Positions 26,243 to 33,095 of a stretch of DNA of 40,595 nucleotides are shown here, piece by piece. Source of the DNA: a virus. The first letter of the stretch is position 1. Every line of letters begins with the position of its first letter. Where the stretch lies: the IMG/VR virus record IMGVR_UViG_3300025696_000002, positions 1-40,595 of that record; one strand, written 5' to 3'. The position numbers were made by a program, and so were the translations under genes. The notes beneath the pieces were generated by a model. The model made no database searches and was not told where the DNA came from. It saw only the letters and a list, made by a program, of their open reading frames with translations.

Positions 26243-27763
26243 ATGAGCACTATCACCGAACAACAAATCGCTGAATTAAACGGCAACATGCAGCGCATTG
26301 GCAAAATCGTTAACGACGACGATTCTTACTTAACCGACAATCAAGACGGCGGCCGTACCGTTAAAACCTGGCCGAAGCTCGCCGACGAATTTGCAGACCA
26401 GCTAACGCAGCAGGCGAGCGATTTTAGTGGTCAGCTAGGCACTCAGGGCAGCGAATTTGCCGCTCAGCTGAGTACACAGGAGAATGAGTTTAACGACCAG
26501 CTAAGCGGCCAGGCCAGCGAGTTTAATACGCAAATAACCACGCAGGGCGACACCATTAAGGGTTTCGCTGATGCCGCTGAAGCAGTCGGAATCCAGGTTG
26601 CTGCAGATGCCGCACGGGTCTCCGGCGATGCAGTGCAAGTATCCAACGACAAAGCGGCGGCTGAGGCTGCAAAAAATCAGGCGGTACTGGCTTCCGAAGG
26701 CTCTGGCGTTGCGGCGTTTTATGACACGTTCGCCGATGCCGATGCCGACAAGGCCAATCTTGCAGAAGGTGACGTGGTTCGGATTTTTTCCGATGAAACT
26801 AAGTTTTTCGACCCCACGACCCGGCGGCTAGAAGCTGGCGAGCTTGTTTTTAAAACTTCCGCCGTGACAGATGAGAGCTTCTTGTTTGAGTTCTTTAATC
26901 ACAACGAGTTTATCGACTTCCAGATTAATATCCCGGACAACACTGGCGTGTTCGAGTTTTCACTCTCAACCACTGGCGGCAACGTCGTCATAGATTGGGG
27001 TGACGGCAGCACGGATGAAGTCGGTGGCAGCCTAACCGAGTACAGCCACACCTACGCTAGCTCGGGTGGCTACAGGATCACCGTTGGAGGTATTGGCCAA
27101 GTCGATTCGCTGTCGTTCTTTAATGGCACCGGCAATCTAGTAACGAGAATGAACTCGTTTGGCCGCTATAACATTTCTTTGTTCAGGCTGTTCTTTTTGC
27201 AGGATTTAAGCGGTCTTGTTGATTTTACAAACAACCCGGTAATAACTCGTAATGTCACGAACTTGGCCTCAGCGTTTAATAACACTTCCTTTAATTTGCC
27301 TATTGGTAATTTAGAAACGCCTAATGTTGAAAACACATCGGACATGTTCCGCAGCAATTTTGTATTTAACCAACCTATAGAACATTTAGACACGTCTAAG
27401 GTGAAAGTTTCGGATCGTATGTTTCAAAGTGCTGTTAAATTTAATCAGCCTCTTGGTCGGCTGGATATGTCCAGTAATGAAAATGCGACGGCCATGCTTC
27501 AGGGCGCTGTCGATTTTGACCAAAACCTCGGAAACTGGGACATAAGCAGCATGAAGAACCTAAGTAACTTTCTATTAGGGGTAACCCTTTCAACCGTCAA
27601 CTACGACGCTTTATTGATCGGCTGGTCGCCACAAGCCGTTCAGGACAACGTTGTATTTCACGGCGGCAACAGTCAATACACACTCGGCGGAGCAGCAGAG
27701 GCCGCAAGGGCCAGCCTGATCAACGATCACGGCTGGATTATTACAGATGGAGGCGGGATTTAA
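26243..27763 (+). CDS. Tail fibre with N-terminal 11-aa tandem repeats and C-terminal BspA/DUF285-type leucine-rich repeats
   Basis: The C-terminal ~170 aa show the ~26-residue repeat F..a..FNQP(I/L)..(L/W)D.S.v....MF (FNNTSFNLPIGNLETPNVENTSDMFRSNFVFNQPIEHLDTSKVKVSDRMFQSAVKFNQPLGRLDMSS...FDQNLGNWDISSMKNLSNFL) and the typical ending LSTVNYDALLIGW. Confidence 0.7.
   Translation: MSTITEQQIAELNGNMQRIGKIVNDDDSYLTDNQDGGRTVKTWPKLADEFADQLTQQASDFSGQLGTQGSEFAAQLSTQENEFNDQLSGQASEFNTQITTQGDTIKGFADAAEAVGIQVAADAARVSGDAVQVSNDKAAAEAAKNQAVLASEGSGVAAFYDTFADADADKANLAEGDVVRIFSDETKFFDPTTRRLEAGELVFKTSAVTDESFLFEFFNHNEFIDFQINIPDNTGVFEFSLSTTGGNVVIDWGDGSTDEVGGSLTEYSHTYASSGGYRITVGGIGQVDSLSFFNGTGNLVTRMNSFGRYNISLFRLFFLQDLSGLVDFTNNPVITRNVTNLASAFNNTSFNLPIGNLETPNVENTSDMFRSNFVFNQPIEHLDTSKVKVSDRMFQSAVKFNQPLGRLDMSSNENATAMLQGAVDFDQNLGNWDISSMKNLSNFLLGVTLSTVNYDALLIGWSPQAVQDNVVFHGGNSQYTLGGAAEAARASLINDHGWIITDGGGI
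26399..26563 (+). repeat. Five tandem 33-bp (11-codon) repeats within the fibre gene
   Basis: QLTQQASDFSG / QLGTQGSEFAA / QLSTQENEFND / QLSGQASEFNT / QITTQGDTIKG. Confidence 0.8.
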
Positions 27764-27930
27764 TGACTAATTTTGAAGCGGTAGCCGACGGCGTTCTTTG
27801 CGTTATTCGCGATGGAATTGAAGTGGCGAAAATTGAAGTAGTCGCCGGCAGCACAACCAGTTTTTCCGGGGAATATACATTCGAGCCGGGCGCGGAGCTG
27901 CCTGAATTGCCCGTTGATGATCCCGTATGA
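27763..27930 (+). CDS. Small hypothetical protein (possible fibre assembly factor)
   Basis: Hand-translated 55 aa (MTNFEAVADGVLCVIRDG...PELPVDDPV). TAATG overlap with the fibre gene. Confidence 0.4.
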   Translation: MTNFEAVADGVLCVIRDGIEVAKIEVVAGSTTSFSGEYTFEPGAELPELPVDDPV

Positions 27931-27965
27931 AGGCGAATCGTTAAGAACCTCCAGCCGGACAGCTC

Positions 27966-27988
27966 GCCTCGTTTATTCGGGGCTTTTT
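27966..27988 (+). terminator. Terminator-like hairpin after the tail module
   Basis: GCCTCG-tttatt-CGGGGC (one G.U pair) followed by TTTTT. Confidence 0.5.
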
Positions 27989-28013
27989 ATTGTCTAAAAA
28001 TCGAGAAAGCACT

Positions 28014-28262
28014 ATGCAAATAATCGGCTACAAAGACGGTCAGGTTGTCAGCGATCAATACGACAACGCGCAGCAAGTAATTGAAGTCGCCGAAATCAAT
28101 GCCCCAGGTTACGCATTTGTAGACGCAGAGTCGGCGGCATCAGACTACTACGACGAACACCACATCGTTGACGGTGATGCTGATGCCGACTACATCAAGC
28201 TGAAATTCGAGCAGTACGGCGATAGCGCGGTTGAGTCGGCGCTGGCGTTTTTGGCGCAGTAG
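28014..28262 (+). CDS. Highly acidic small protein
   Basis: 82 aa from the ATG at 28014. By hand count 17 Asp/Glu against 3 Lys and no Arg. Includes a DGDADADY run. Confidence 0.55.
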   Translation: MQIIGYKDGQVVSDQYDNAQQVIEVAEINAPGYAFVDAESAASDYYDEHHIVDGDADADYIKLKFEQYGDSAVESALAFLAQ

Positions 28263-28265
28263 CCC

Positions 28266-28664
28266 ATGGCGCTTATTAACTTCGCGCTGTACCGCATACC
28301 CGATCCGCCGTCGCGGTGGCCGGAGTCAATAGCGGGGTTGATGATGCTTTGCCTCATCTTCTCCGATGCGTCTCCCGGCTACTTGTCGGCCAGCGACCAG
28401 TGGCTTTTCGTATTTGCTGAGCGGTTATCTATCGCAACCGGTTTGCTGATGCTGTTTTGCAGCTTGCGCGAGCGAATCAGTCACCGCTATTACTCGTCGC
28501 TGTTCGCCATCGCCGTGAATTCTATGCTGCTGGTTGTGCTGCTAAGGCACTCAAGCGTTGACTCGGCCCGGCTCTACGCGGGCGCAATTACCGCCGTAAA
28601 TTTTGGCTCTGTTATGCAGATGCAGGCGTATTTTTGGCAGCTAAAAAACCGGCCCAATGATTGA
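28266..28664 (+). CDS. Multi-pass membrane protein (holin candidate)
   Basis: 132 aa with about 4 hydrophobic segments. First gene of the lysis block. Confidence 0.5.
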   Translation: MALINFALYRIPDPPSRWPESIAGLMMLCLIFSDASPGYLSASDQWLFVFAERLSIATGLLMLFCSLRERISHRYYSSLFAIAVNSMLLVVLLRHSSVDSARLYAGAITAVNFGSVMQMQAYFWQLKNRPND

Positions 28665-29013
28665 GTGGATAACGAGTTTCACAGCCGAAACTAAGGCAAT
28701 GGGGGCCGTTATGTCGGAATTCGGGCCGTGGGTAGCGTTCCTCGTTTTTCTCGGCGGAGTAGTAAAAGTGTGCGCGCCACTGGTCGGCACCCACTACACC
28801 AACAAAATGGACAACGAAGTAAAGCGCCGCGCGATGGACTTAAAGAGCTTCGGCGAAGTTCGCCAAGAGCGAGACTCGCTGAAGGCTGAGCGCGACCAGC
28901 TGTTTACCGAAAACGCGCTGATGAAAGCGCAGCTATCCGTAGCAGAAAAATGCGTGGTGCACGACGTTGCCGAAATTTTAGTCGATGGCACCGACAAGAC
29001 GACCGAACCGTGA
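28657..29013 (+). CDS. Single-TM protein with coiled-coil periplasmic part (i-spanin-like or holin/antiholin)
   Basis: 118 aa. Contains the TM segment GPWVAFLVFLGGVVKVCAPLV followed by a heptad-like charged helix (RQERDSLKAERDQLFTENALMKAQLS). Confidence 0.45.
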   Translation: MIEWITSFTAETKAMGAVMSEFGPWVAFLVFLGGVVKVCAPLVGTHYTNKMDNEVKRRAMDLKSFGEVRQERDSLKAERDQLFTENALMKAQLSVAEKCVVHDVAEILVDGTDKTTEP

Positions 29014-29267
29014 TGCGCCTACTGCCGGTTTTACTGCTGGCCGCGTGCAGCGGGCCGGCCGTGGTGCCGATCAATTACGACCCGCTACCGGTGCCGCCGG
29101 TAATGACAAAACAGCTAGACCACTGCTGGCGCACGGCCACAGACCAGGTGTGCTGGCCGGTCGGCAGCCGGCCGGAGCCGTGGCAGCTGGACTATTTAGA
29201 GCAGCCCGGCGTGCAGAGTTTATGCAAAGACGGGCATTGTGAAATTGTTGAATTGATGGAGGTTTGA
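29013..29267 (+). CDS. Lipoprotein (o-spanin-like)
   Basis: The ATG at 29013 overlaps the upstream stop (TGATG). Signal peptide MRLLPVLLLAAC has lipobox LLAAC. The mature part is Pro-rich with 4 further Cys. Confidence 0.55.
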   Translation: MRLLPVLLLAACSGPAVVPINYDPLPVPPVMTKQLDHCWRTATDQVCWPVGSRPEPWQLDYLEQPGVQSLCKDGHCEIVELMEV

Positions 29268-29617
29268 TTGTGAAGTTATCCCATAAGCAGCAACACTTCG
29301 CCCGCGACATTGGACGGCTTATCGAATACGTGTACCGCAGCGGCTACGCTGTGACATTCGGTGATGCGTATCGCGATCCTCGCGTCTTTGGCGCTGTCGG
29401 CACCCGCCAAGGTTATGGCCAATCGGCGAGTAACCATAAGTCACGGCTTGCGGTCGATCTTAATTTGTTCGTAGACGGAAAATACATTTCCAGTGGCAGC
29501 CACCCCGCGTACGTGCAGCTCGGAGAGTTTTGGGAATCACTGGGCGACATGAATGCCTGGGGCGGTCGTTTTAACGATGCAAACCACTTTAGCTATGAGC
29601 ACCAGGGTCGAAAATAA
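29264..29617 (+). CDS. Endolysin, peptidase M15 family (VanY / L-Ala-D-Glu peptidase-like)
   Basis: SNHKSRLAVDLNLF (S-x-H...A-x-D zinc ligands) and WGGRFNDANHFSY (D..H) are the M15 signature. GGAGG RBS, with TTG 29264 or GTG 29270 as start. Confidence 0.8.
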   Translation: MIVKLSHKQQHFARDIGRLIEYVYRSGYAVTFGDAYRDPRVFGAVGTRQGYGQSASNHKSRLAVDLNLFVDGKYISSGSHPAYVQLGEFWESLGDMNAWGGRFNDANHFSYEHQGRK

Positions 29618-30000
29618 TGACATCCATCGCCGCAAGGCTGGCGCTATTGCTAGCCGGCAGGGCCGCGCCCTACGTGCTGGGGTTTGTTCTGGCGGTATCG
29701 CTTAGCGGCTGGCTCTCTTTCGGCGTTGCGCTTTTTCTGGCAAGCGACACTCAAGACGATCTTGATCGCTGCAACGAGAGCGCTATCCGGTTTGACGAGC
29801 GGTTAAAGCTGGCAAATAAATCTGCTGAAAAAGCAGAAGCCAAAGCCCTCGCCGCCGAATCGAGAGTGCCCACAACGATAACCGCGCCGCCGGTAATCAA
29901 GTGGAAAACCCGAACCGTGCCGGCCGAATGCCAGCCGACAGAAACCGAGCGCGAGAACGCACGGAGGGACAACGAATGGGCAGAATCCTTGTTTCGCTAG
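29617..30000 (+). CDS. i-spanin (Rz-like)
   Basis: 127 aa with an N-terminal TM region, an Ala/Lys/Glu coiled coil, and the next lipoprotein gene overlapping its 3' end. Confidence 0.65.
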   Translation: MTSIAARLALLLAGRAAPYVLGFVLAVSLSGWLSFGVALFLASDTQDDLDRCNESAIRFDERLKLANKSAEKAEAKALAAESRVPTTITAPPVIKWKTRTVPAECQPTETERENARRDNEWAESLFR

Positions 30001-30251
30001 CGCTGCTTAGCGCCGCCGGCTGTACGGGCCTTGTGCAACGCGTGCCGGTGCGCGAGCCGCTAAACGTGCCCGAGCATCTGTTAACCGATATTCGAGCCAG
30101 CCACCCGCCGACCGTGTGGGTAGCCGGCTGTGATACCGGCGCTGAGCGTGCGCTGACGCGTGCGGAATTTATCGCCCTGAATCAGTATCTAAAATCGCTG
30201 GAAACGCGAGCAGAGCAGAGCAGGGCGTATTTAACGCCGCTAGCCGAATAG
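29976..30251 (+). CDS. o-spanin (Rz1-like lipoprotein), overlapped architecture
   Basis: GGAGGG RBS, then an ATG at 29976 in the +1 frame inside the i-spanin 3' end. Lipobox LSAAGC. Confidence 0.65.
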   Translation: MGRILVSLALLSAAGCTGLVQRVPVREPLNVPEHLLTDIRASHPPTVWVAGCDTGAERALTRAEFIALNQYLKSLETRAEQSRAYLTPLAE

Positions 30252-30278
30252 CGTCCCAATTTAGCCGTATGCGGCACT

Positions 30279-30333
30279 TATACCCCATGTCGCATAAGTA
30301 CCCAATTTGGGCGGTTTTGCGACATGGGGTATA
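30279..30333. repeat. Perfect 16-bp inverted repeat at the convergence of the late and early-left operons
   Basis: TATACCCCATGTCGCA (30279-30294) / TGCGACATGGGGTATA (30318-30333), with a 23-nt loop containing the palindrome CCCAATTTGGG. CCCAATTT also occurs at 30255-30262. No T-run on either side. Confidence 0.85.
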
Positions 30334-30341
30334 TGTCATTG

Positions 30342-31166
30342 TTAGAGCGCATTGCCCACCGTCGCCACTAGATCATGACTGAGCTTAAAGCCCGCAGCGT
30401 TTTTATGGCCACCGCCGCCGAACGCCGCAGCAATCTCGGAAACGTCAGCGCCATCGGCTGCGGATCGTAGGCTATATGTGCGTCCGGCCTCAGTATCCCA
30501 ATAGCAGCACGAGAAGGGTTCGTTCTTGCTCATGATGTGACCAATGTCGCTGCTGAAAAAATGCGGTGCATTGATAGCGGGAACGTTTACTCCTGCAATA
30601 TCAGCCCTATGAGCATTTGAATCAATCAGCTCGTTAACGTCTTTGAAGTGCTTCCGTAGTATCGCCTTGCCTTCGTCTTTCAGTTCCTGAATATCCGTTT
30701 CCATTAGCTGATCCCAATACAGAAAATCATAGGGGTAACTAAACAAAGCCGAGGTAACTTCTCGGGTTCCTTCCATATCGAAGCGCCAAAGGTCGCGGTC
30801 TTGAATGTGCAGCAGCAGAGCGGGGGCGGTTTGGTTAGGGTTAAAGTGCTCCCACGCTATCATTGCACCGCTACGATCCATGTCGAATGTGGCCGTTACG
30901 TTTTCCGGCAAATCAACAAGCTGAGCCGCCGCGCTCTTGTGGTGGTCTAGTATCAGCACGCTTTTAGCCACAGCTGCTATTTCTAGCAACACTTCGCGCT
31001 GATAGCTGAAATCAACCATGATTACTTCACGGCCAGTGCAGTCAGGTGGCGTCTCGTTGTAAGTACCAGCGTGATAGTCCATCTCTGAATAAAGGGCGTG
31101 GCGAACCGCCCAGGCGGCTCCAAATCCATCGGCACAATTGCCGTGGTAAATGCATAATTTGTTCAT
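30342..31166 (-). CDS. DHH/DHHA1-family phosphoesterase (RecJ/NrnA-like)
   Basis: 274 aa. IYHGNCADGFGAAW (motif I), VDFS (II), LDHHKS (III) and GGGGHKNAAGF (DHHA1 GGGH). Confidence 0.8.
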   Translation of the reverse strand: MNKLCIYHGNCADGFGAAWAVRHALYSEMDYHAGTYNETPPDCTGREVIMVDFSYQREVLLEIAAVAKSVLILDHHKSAAAQLVDLPENVTATFDMDRSGAMIAWEHFNPNQTAPALLLHIQDRDLWRFDMEGTREVTSALFSYPYDFLYWDQLMETDIQELKDEGKAILRKHFKDVNELIDSNAHRADIAGVNVPAINAPHFFSSDIGHIMSKNEPFSCCYWDTEAGRTYSLRSAADGADVSEIAAAFGGGGHKNAAGFKLSHDLVATVGNAL

Positions 31167-31187
31167 TGTAGTTCCTTAGTTAATTCG

Positions 31188-31272
31188 CTCTAACATTTGC
31201 ATGCAGTTGACCCTGTGACTCAACGGCATGTAGTGAATTTATCTGCGGGGCAACTGATGCAAGCAGTTATAT
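31188..31272 (+). repeat. attC-like hairpin element E1 (85 bp)
   Basis: CTCTAAC-AT-TTGCAT[G]CAGTTG[A]CCC...GGG-CAACTG-ATGCAA-GCA-GTTATAT. About 90 percent identical to E3, with identity starting and ending at the two heptamers. Confidence 0.6.
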
Positions 31273-31575
31273 CTCACTCAACCTATCTAGCAGCTTCAGT
31301 GCGCTAGCGTTTGCTCGGTCGAAACTGGTGTGCAGGCTTGGTGACTGAGTGGGTATGTCCTGAGCCGTTTTGCACATTAGTCTAAGCGTAGCTAGCAGCT
31401 CTGGGGCGGCGTGCATTAGTTCGGCGTTGGCTTTATTTTCTTCGTCATTTGGGCCTCCAGCATGCACTACGGCAAGCCGCATGTCATCGCCGCAGATCAC
31501 GCGGCTATTCCCTTCAAAATCCCCGTAGTCGCCTTTTTCGCAAAGCTCCCACGGACCTTCAGTGTGCTTTCCCAT
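31267..31575 (-). CDS. Hypothetical phage protein
   Basis: 102 aa. GPWE...NAELMHAAPELLATL is a pattern I have seen in many small phage proteins. Function unknown. Confidence 0.6.
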   Translation of the reverse strand: MGKHTEGPWELCEKGDYGDFEGNSRVICGDDMRLAVVHAGGPNDEENKANAELMHAAPELLATLRLMCKTAQDIPTQSPSLHTSFDRANASALKLLDRLSEI

Positions 31576-31597
31576 AGTTCAGTCCTTTAGTGGTGAA

Positions 31598-31681
31598 ATC
31601 TAACAATCGCGTGAAGCCGACCCTGTGAGCCTGCTGCACGTATCTACATTCTACTTCGGGCGGCTTACGCAACAGTTAAGT
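31598..31681 (+). repeat. attC-like hairpin element E2 (84 bp)
   Basis: ATCTAAC-AATC-GCGT[G]AAGCCG[A]CCC...GGG-CGGCTT-ACGC-AACA-GTTAAGT. The left half closely resembles the aadA1 attC as I recall it (GTCTAAC-AATTC-GTT[C]AAGCCG[A]CGCC). Confidence 0.6.
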
Positions 31682-32035
31682 TGCAAGCTCATCGGCCAAT
31701 TGCGGATAAAGCTTCTTGTGCCTGGCAAGCTCAGAATCAGAAAGCCCGCTATTGAACTCTTGCGGCTCTCCGCATTCGCCTTTTAAATAAACAAAGCAGT
31801 CTAGCCCGCACCCGCCTGAAATGCCCACGTTAAAACACTCGTCCGCGCCTACGGGATAGTTGCCGGTATCAGCAAGCGAGTTGCAGTGCTGCAAAGCCTC
31901 TAACTCATTCTTTGGAGGTGCTTCGTTTAGTATCTTGATTTTGCAGGCGCGCCCAACAACTTTATCGGAATGCCAGCGGCCAAACTTTTCATTGTTCGCT
32001 GAAATGCGCTTGCTAATTAATTCCTGCTTATTCAT
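31676..32035 (-). CDS. Hypothetical Cys-rich protein
   Basis: 119 aa containing CFNVGISGGCGLDCFVYLKGEC. Confidence 0.55.
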   Translation of the reverse strand: MNKQELISKRISANNEKFGRWHSDKVVGRACKIKILNEAPPKNELEALQHCNSLADTGNYPVGADECFNVGISGGCGLDCFVYLKGECGEPQEFNSGLSDSELARHKKLYPQLADELAT

Positions 32036-32057
32036 CTTCTAATCCTCTAGTGTTGCA

Positions 32058-32142
32058 ACCTAACATTTGCATGCAGTTGACCCTGTGAGCCTACGGCATG
32101 TAGTGAATTTATCGGTGGGGCAACTGATGCAAGCAGTTATGC
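32058..32142 (+). repeat. attC-like hairpin element E3 (85 bp)
   Basis: ACCTAAC-AT-TTGCAT[G]CAGTTG[A]CCC...GGG-CAACTG-ATGCAA-GCA-GTTATGC. Confidence 0.6.
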
Positions 32143-32298
32143 CCCAACTTCCACCACCGCGCCCTTAATAAGCAGCGCGAATAACTTGGGCTTACTTCGA
32201 TGCCAGTTGATAAGCGTCTGAACACTTACCCCGCTGGCTTGTGATAAAACTTCGAGGCTTTTCAGCCCCGCTGCTTTGCATTGCTCGCTGGGTGTCAT
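32137..32298 (-). CDS. Small HTH-like protein, paralogue of the 7838-7999 product
   Basis: 53 aa from the internal ATG (ATGA overlap with the upstream gene): MTPSEQCKAAGLKSLEVLSQASGVSVQTLINWHRSKPKLFALLIKGAVVEVGA. Confidence 0.55.
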   Translation of the reverse strand: MTPSEQCKAAGLKSLEVLSQASGVSVQTLINWHRSKPKLFALLIKGAVVEVGA

Positions 32299-32495
32299 GT
32301 GTCTATTTCTCCGAGCAATAGCGTGTTGGTGGCGCTGCAAAGATCAAAAGCGATGCCGTCCGCGTTCTCAATAGGCACCTGCTTTGCCCATCCGCCTTGG
32401 TCATAGCTGCCGCCTCCAGTCTCATGGCTAACAACCTCAACCGTATAACTTTCATCAAATTGGTCTAGCCACTTTTTTAGCTGCTTAACATTCAT
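32295..32495 (-). CDS. Hypothetical protein
   Basis: 66 aa, 4-nt overlaps on both sides. Confidence 0.5.
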   Translation of the reverse strand: MNVKQLKKWLDQFDESYTVEVVSHETGGGSYDQGGWAKQVPIENADGIAFDLCSATNTLLLGEIDT

Positions 32496-32719
32496 TTGAT
32501 TAGCTCCAGCTGAGTGATTGCCGAGTAATAACCAAAGCGCCAGTTTTTCGGCTTGCTTCGCATTTCGTCGCGGAGCTTGGCTATTGCTTCGTTAATTACA
32601 TCTTCGCGGGTTTGCGCCACCTCAGCCCTGAGAGCTACGCACGCTTGCCGCCAGTTGTTGCGGGGCTTATTTCCCGCGTGGCGGCTGTTAAAGCCCGCCA
32701 TTGCCTCGGCTGCTGTCAT
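32492..32719 (-). CDS. Hypothetical protein
   Basis: 75 aa, coupled to its neighbours. Confidence 0.5.
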   Translation of the reverse strand: MTAAEAMAGFNSRHAGNKPRNNWRQACVALRAEVAQTREDVINEAIAKLRDEMRSKPKNWRFGYYSAITQLELIK

Positions 32720-32931
32720 TACTTGCAGAGTCCGGTTATGTCGTACTCTTCTCCGATAACGTAGCAGTCTGCATTTATTCCGTCTTTCAGCTCGAAAAGA
32801 CTAACGCTAATAACTTGGCCGTTTCTTGCAATTCTTGCGGGGGCTTCAAACATTGCGTTCTCTTCGATGCTGATGTAACCGATAAACTTTGCCATTTTCG
32901 TCTGCCCTTGTTTGTGTGGTTGCTGTTTCAA
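32719..32931 (-). CDS. Hypothetical protein
   Basis: 70 aa, preceded by an AT-rich spacer with a promoter-like pair. Confidence 0.5.
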   Translation of the reverse strand: MKQQPHKQGQTKMAKFIGYISIEENAMFEAPARIARNGQVISVSLFELKDGINADCYVIGEEYDITGLCK

Positions 32932-32938
32932 TAAAGCC

Positions 32939-32967
32939 AGTATACTTAAACTGTTTTAGTAAAACAA
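32939..32967 (-). promoter_or_regulatory. Candidate internal sigma70 promoter (leftward)
   Basis: On the minus strand: TTGTTT (32967-32962), 17-nt spacer, TATACT (32944-32939), within a visibly AT-rich 70-nt spacer. Confidence 0.4.
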
Positions 32968-33007
32968 GACCCAAAGGCAAATAAACTTAAATAACTTTAG
33001 CTTTGTG

Positions 33008-33092
33008 GCATAACAACAGCGTGGAGCGTGACAAGCCTTGCCACTACGCCTACGGCTCCGTTATCGGCTTGCACCTCACGCAACAGTTATAT
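33008..33092 (+). repeat. attC-like hairpin element E8 (85 bp)
   Basis: GCATAAC-AACA-GCGTG[G]AG[C]GTG[A]CAAGCC...GGCTTG-CAC-CT-CACGC-AACA-GTTATAT. The stem sequence is unrelated to E1/E3 but the pairing and bulge positions are kept. Confidence 0.6.
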
Positions 33093-33095
33093 CCG

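Noticed and set aside
31206-31240. Plus-strand promoter-like pairs inside the hairpin elements (for example TTGACC-18-TAGTGA in E1/E3, TTGACA-17-TAGCGT in E6, TTGACC-18-TATTAA in E7) that would drive antisense transcripts.
   Set aside because: Not annotated as promoters. The TTGAC is part of the conserved stem (CAGTTG[A]C), the -10 matches are weak and absent from E2, E4, E5, E8 and E9. Kept only as an alternative hypothesis in the main finding.
32110-32136. CUGAUG-containing segment (GGGGCAACUGAUGCAAGCAG on the plus strand) as a possible hammerhead ribozyme core; other small self-cleaving ribozymes were also considered.
   Set aside because: The full hammerhead core (CUGANGA ... GAAA with three helices) cannot be assembled in any copy on either strand, and I saw no twister/HDV-like conserved cores. 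The motif is simply the right arm of the hairpin.
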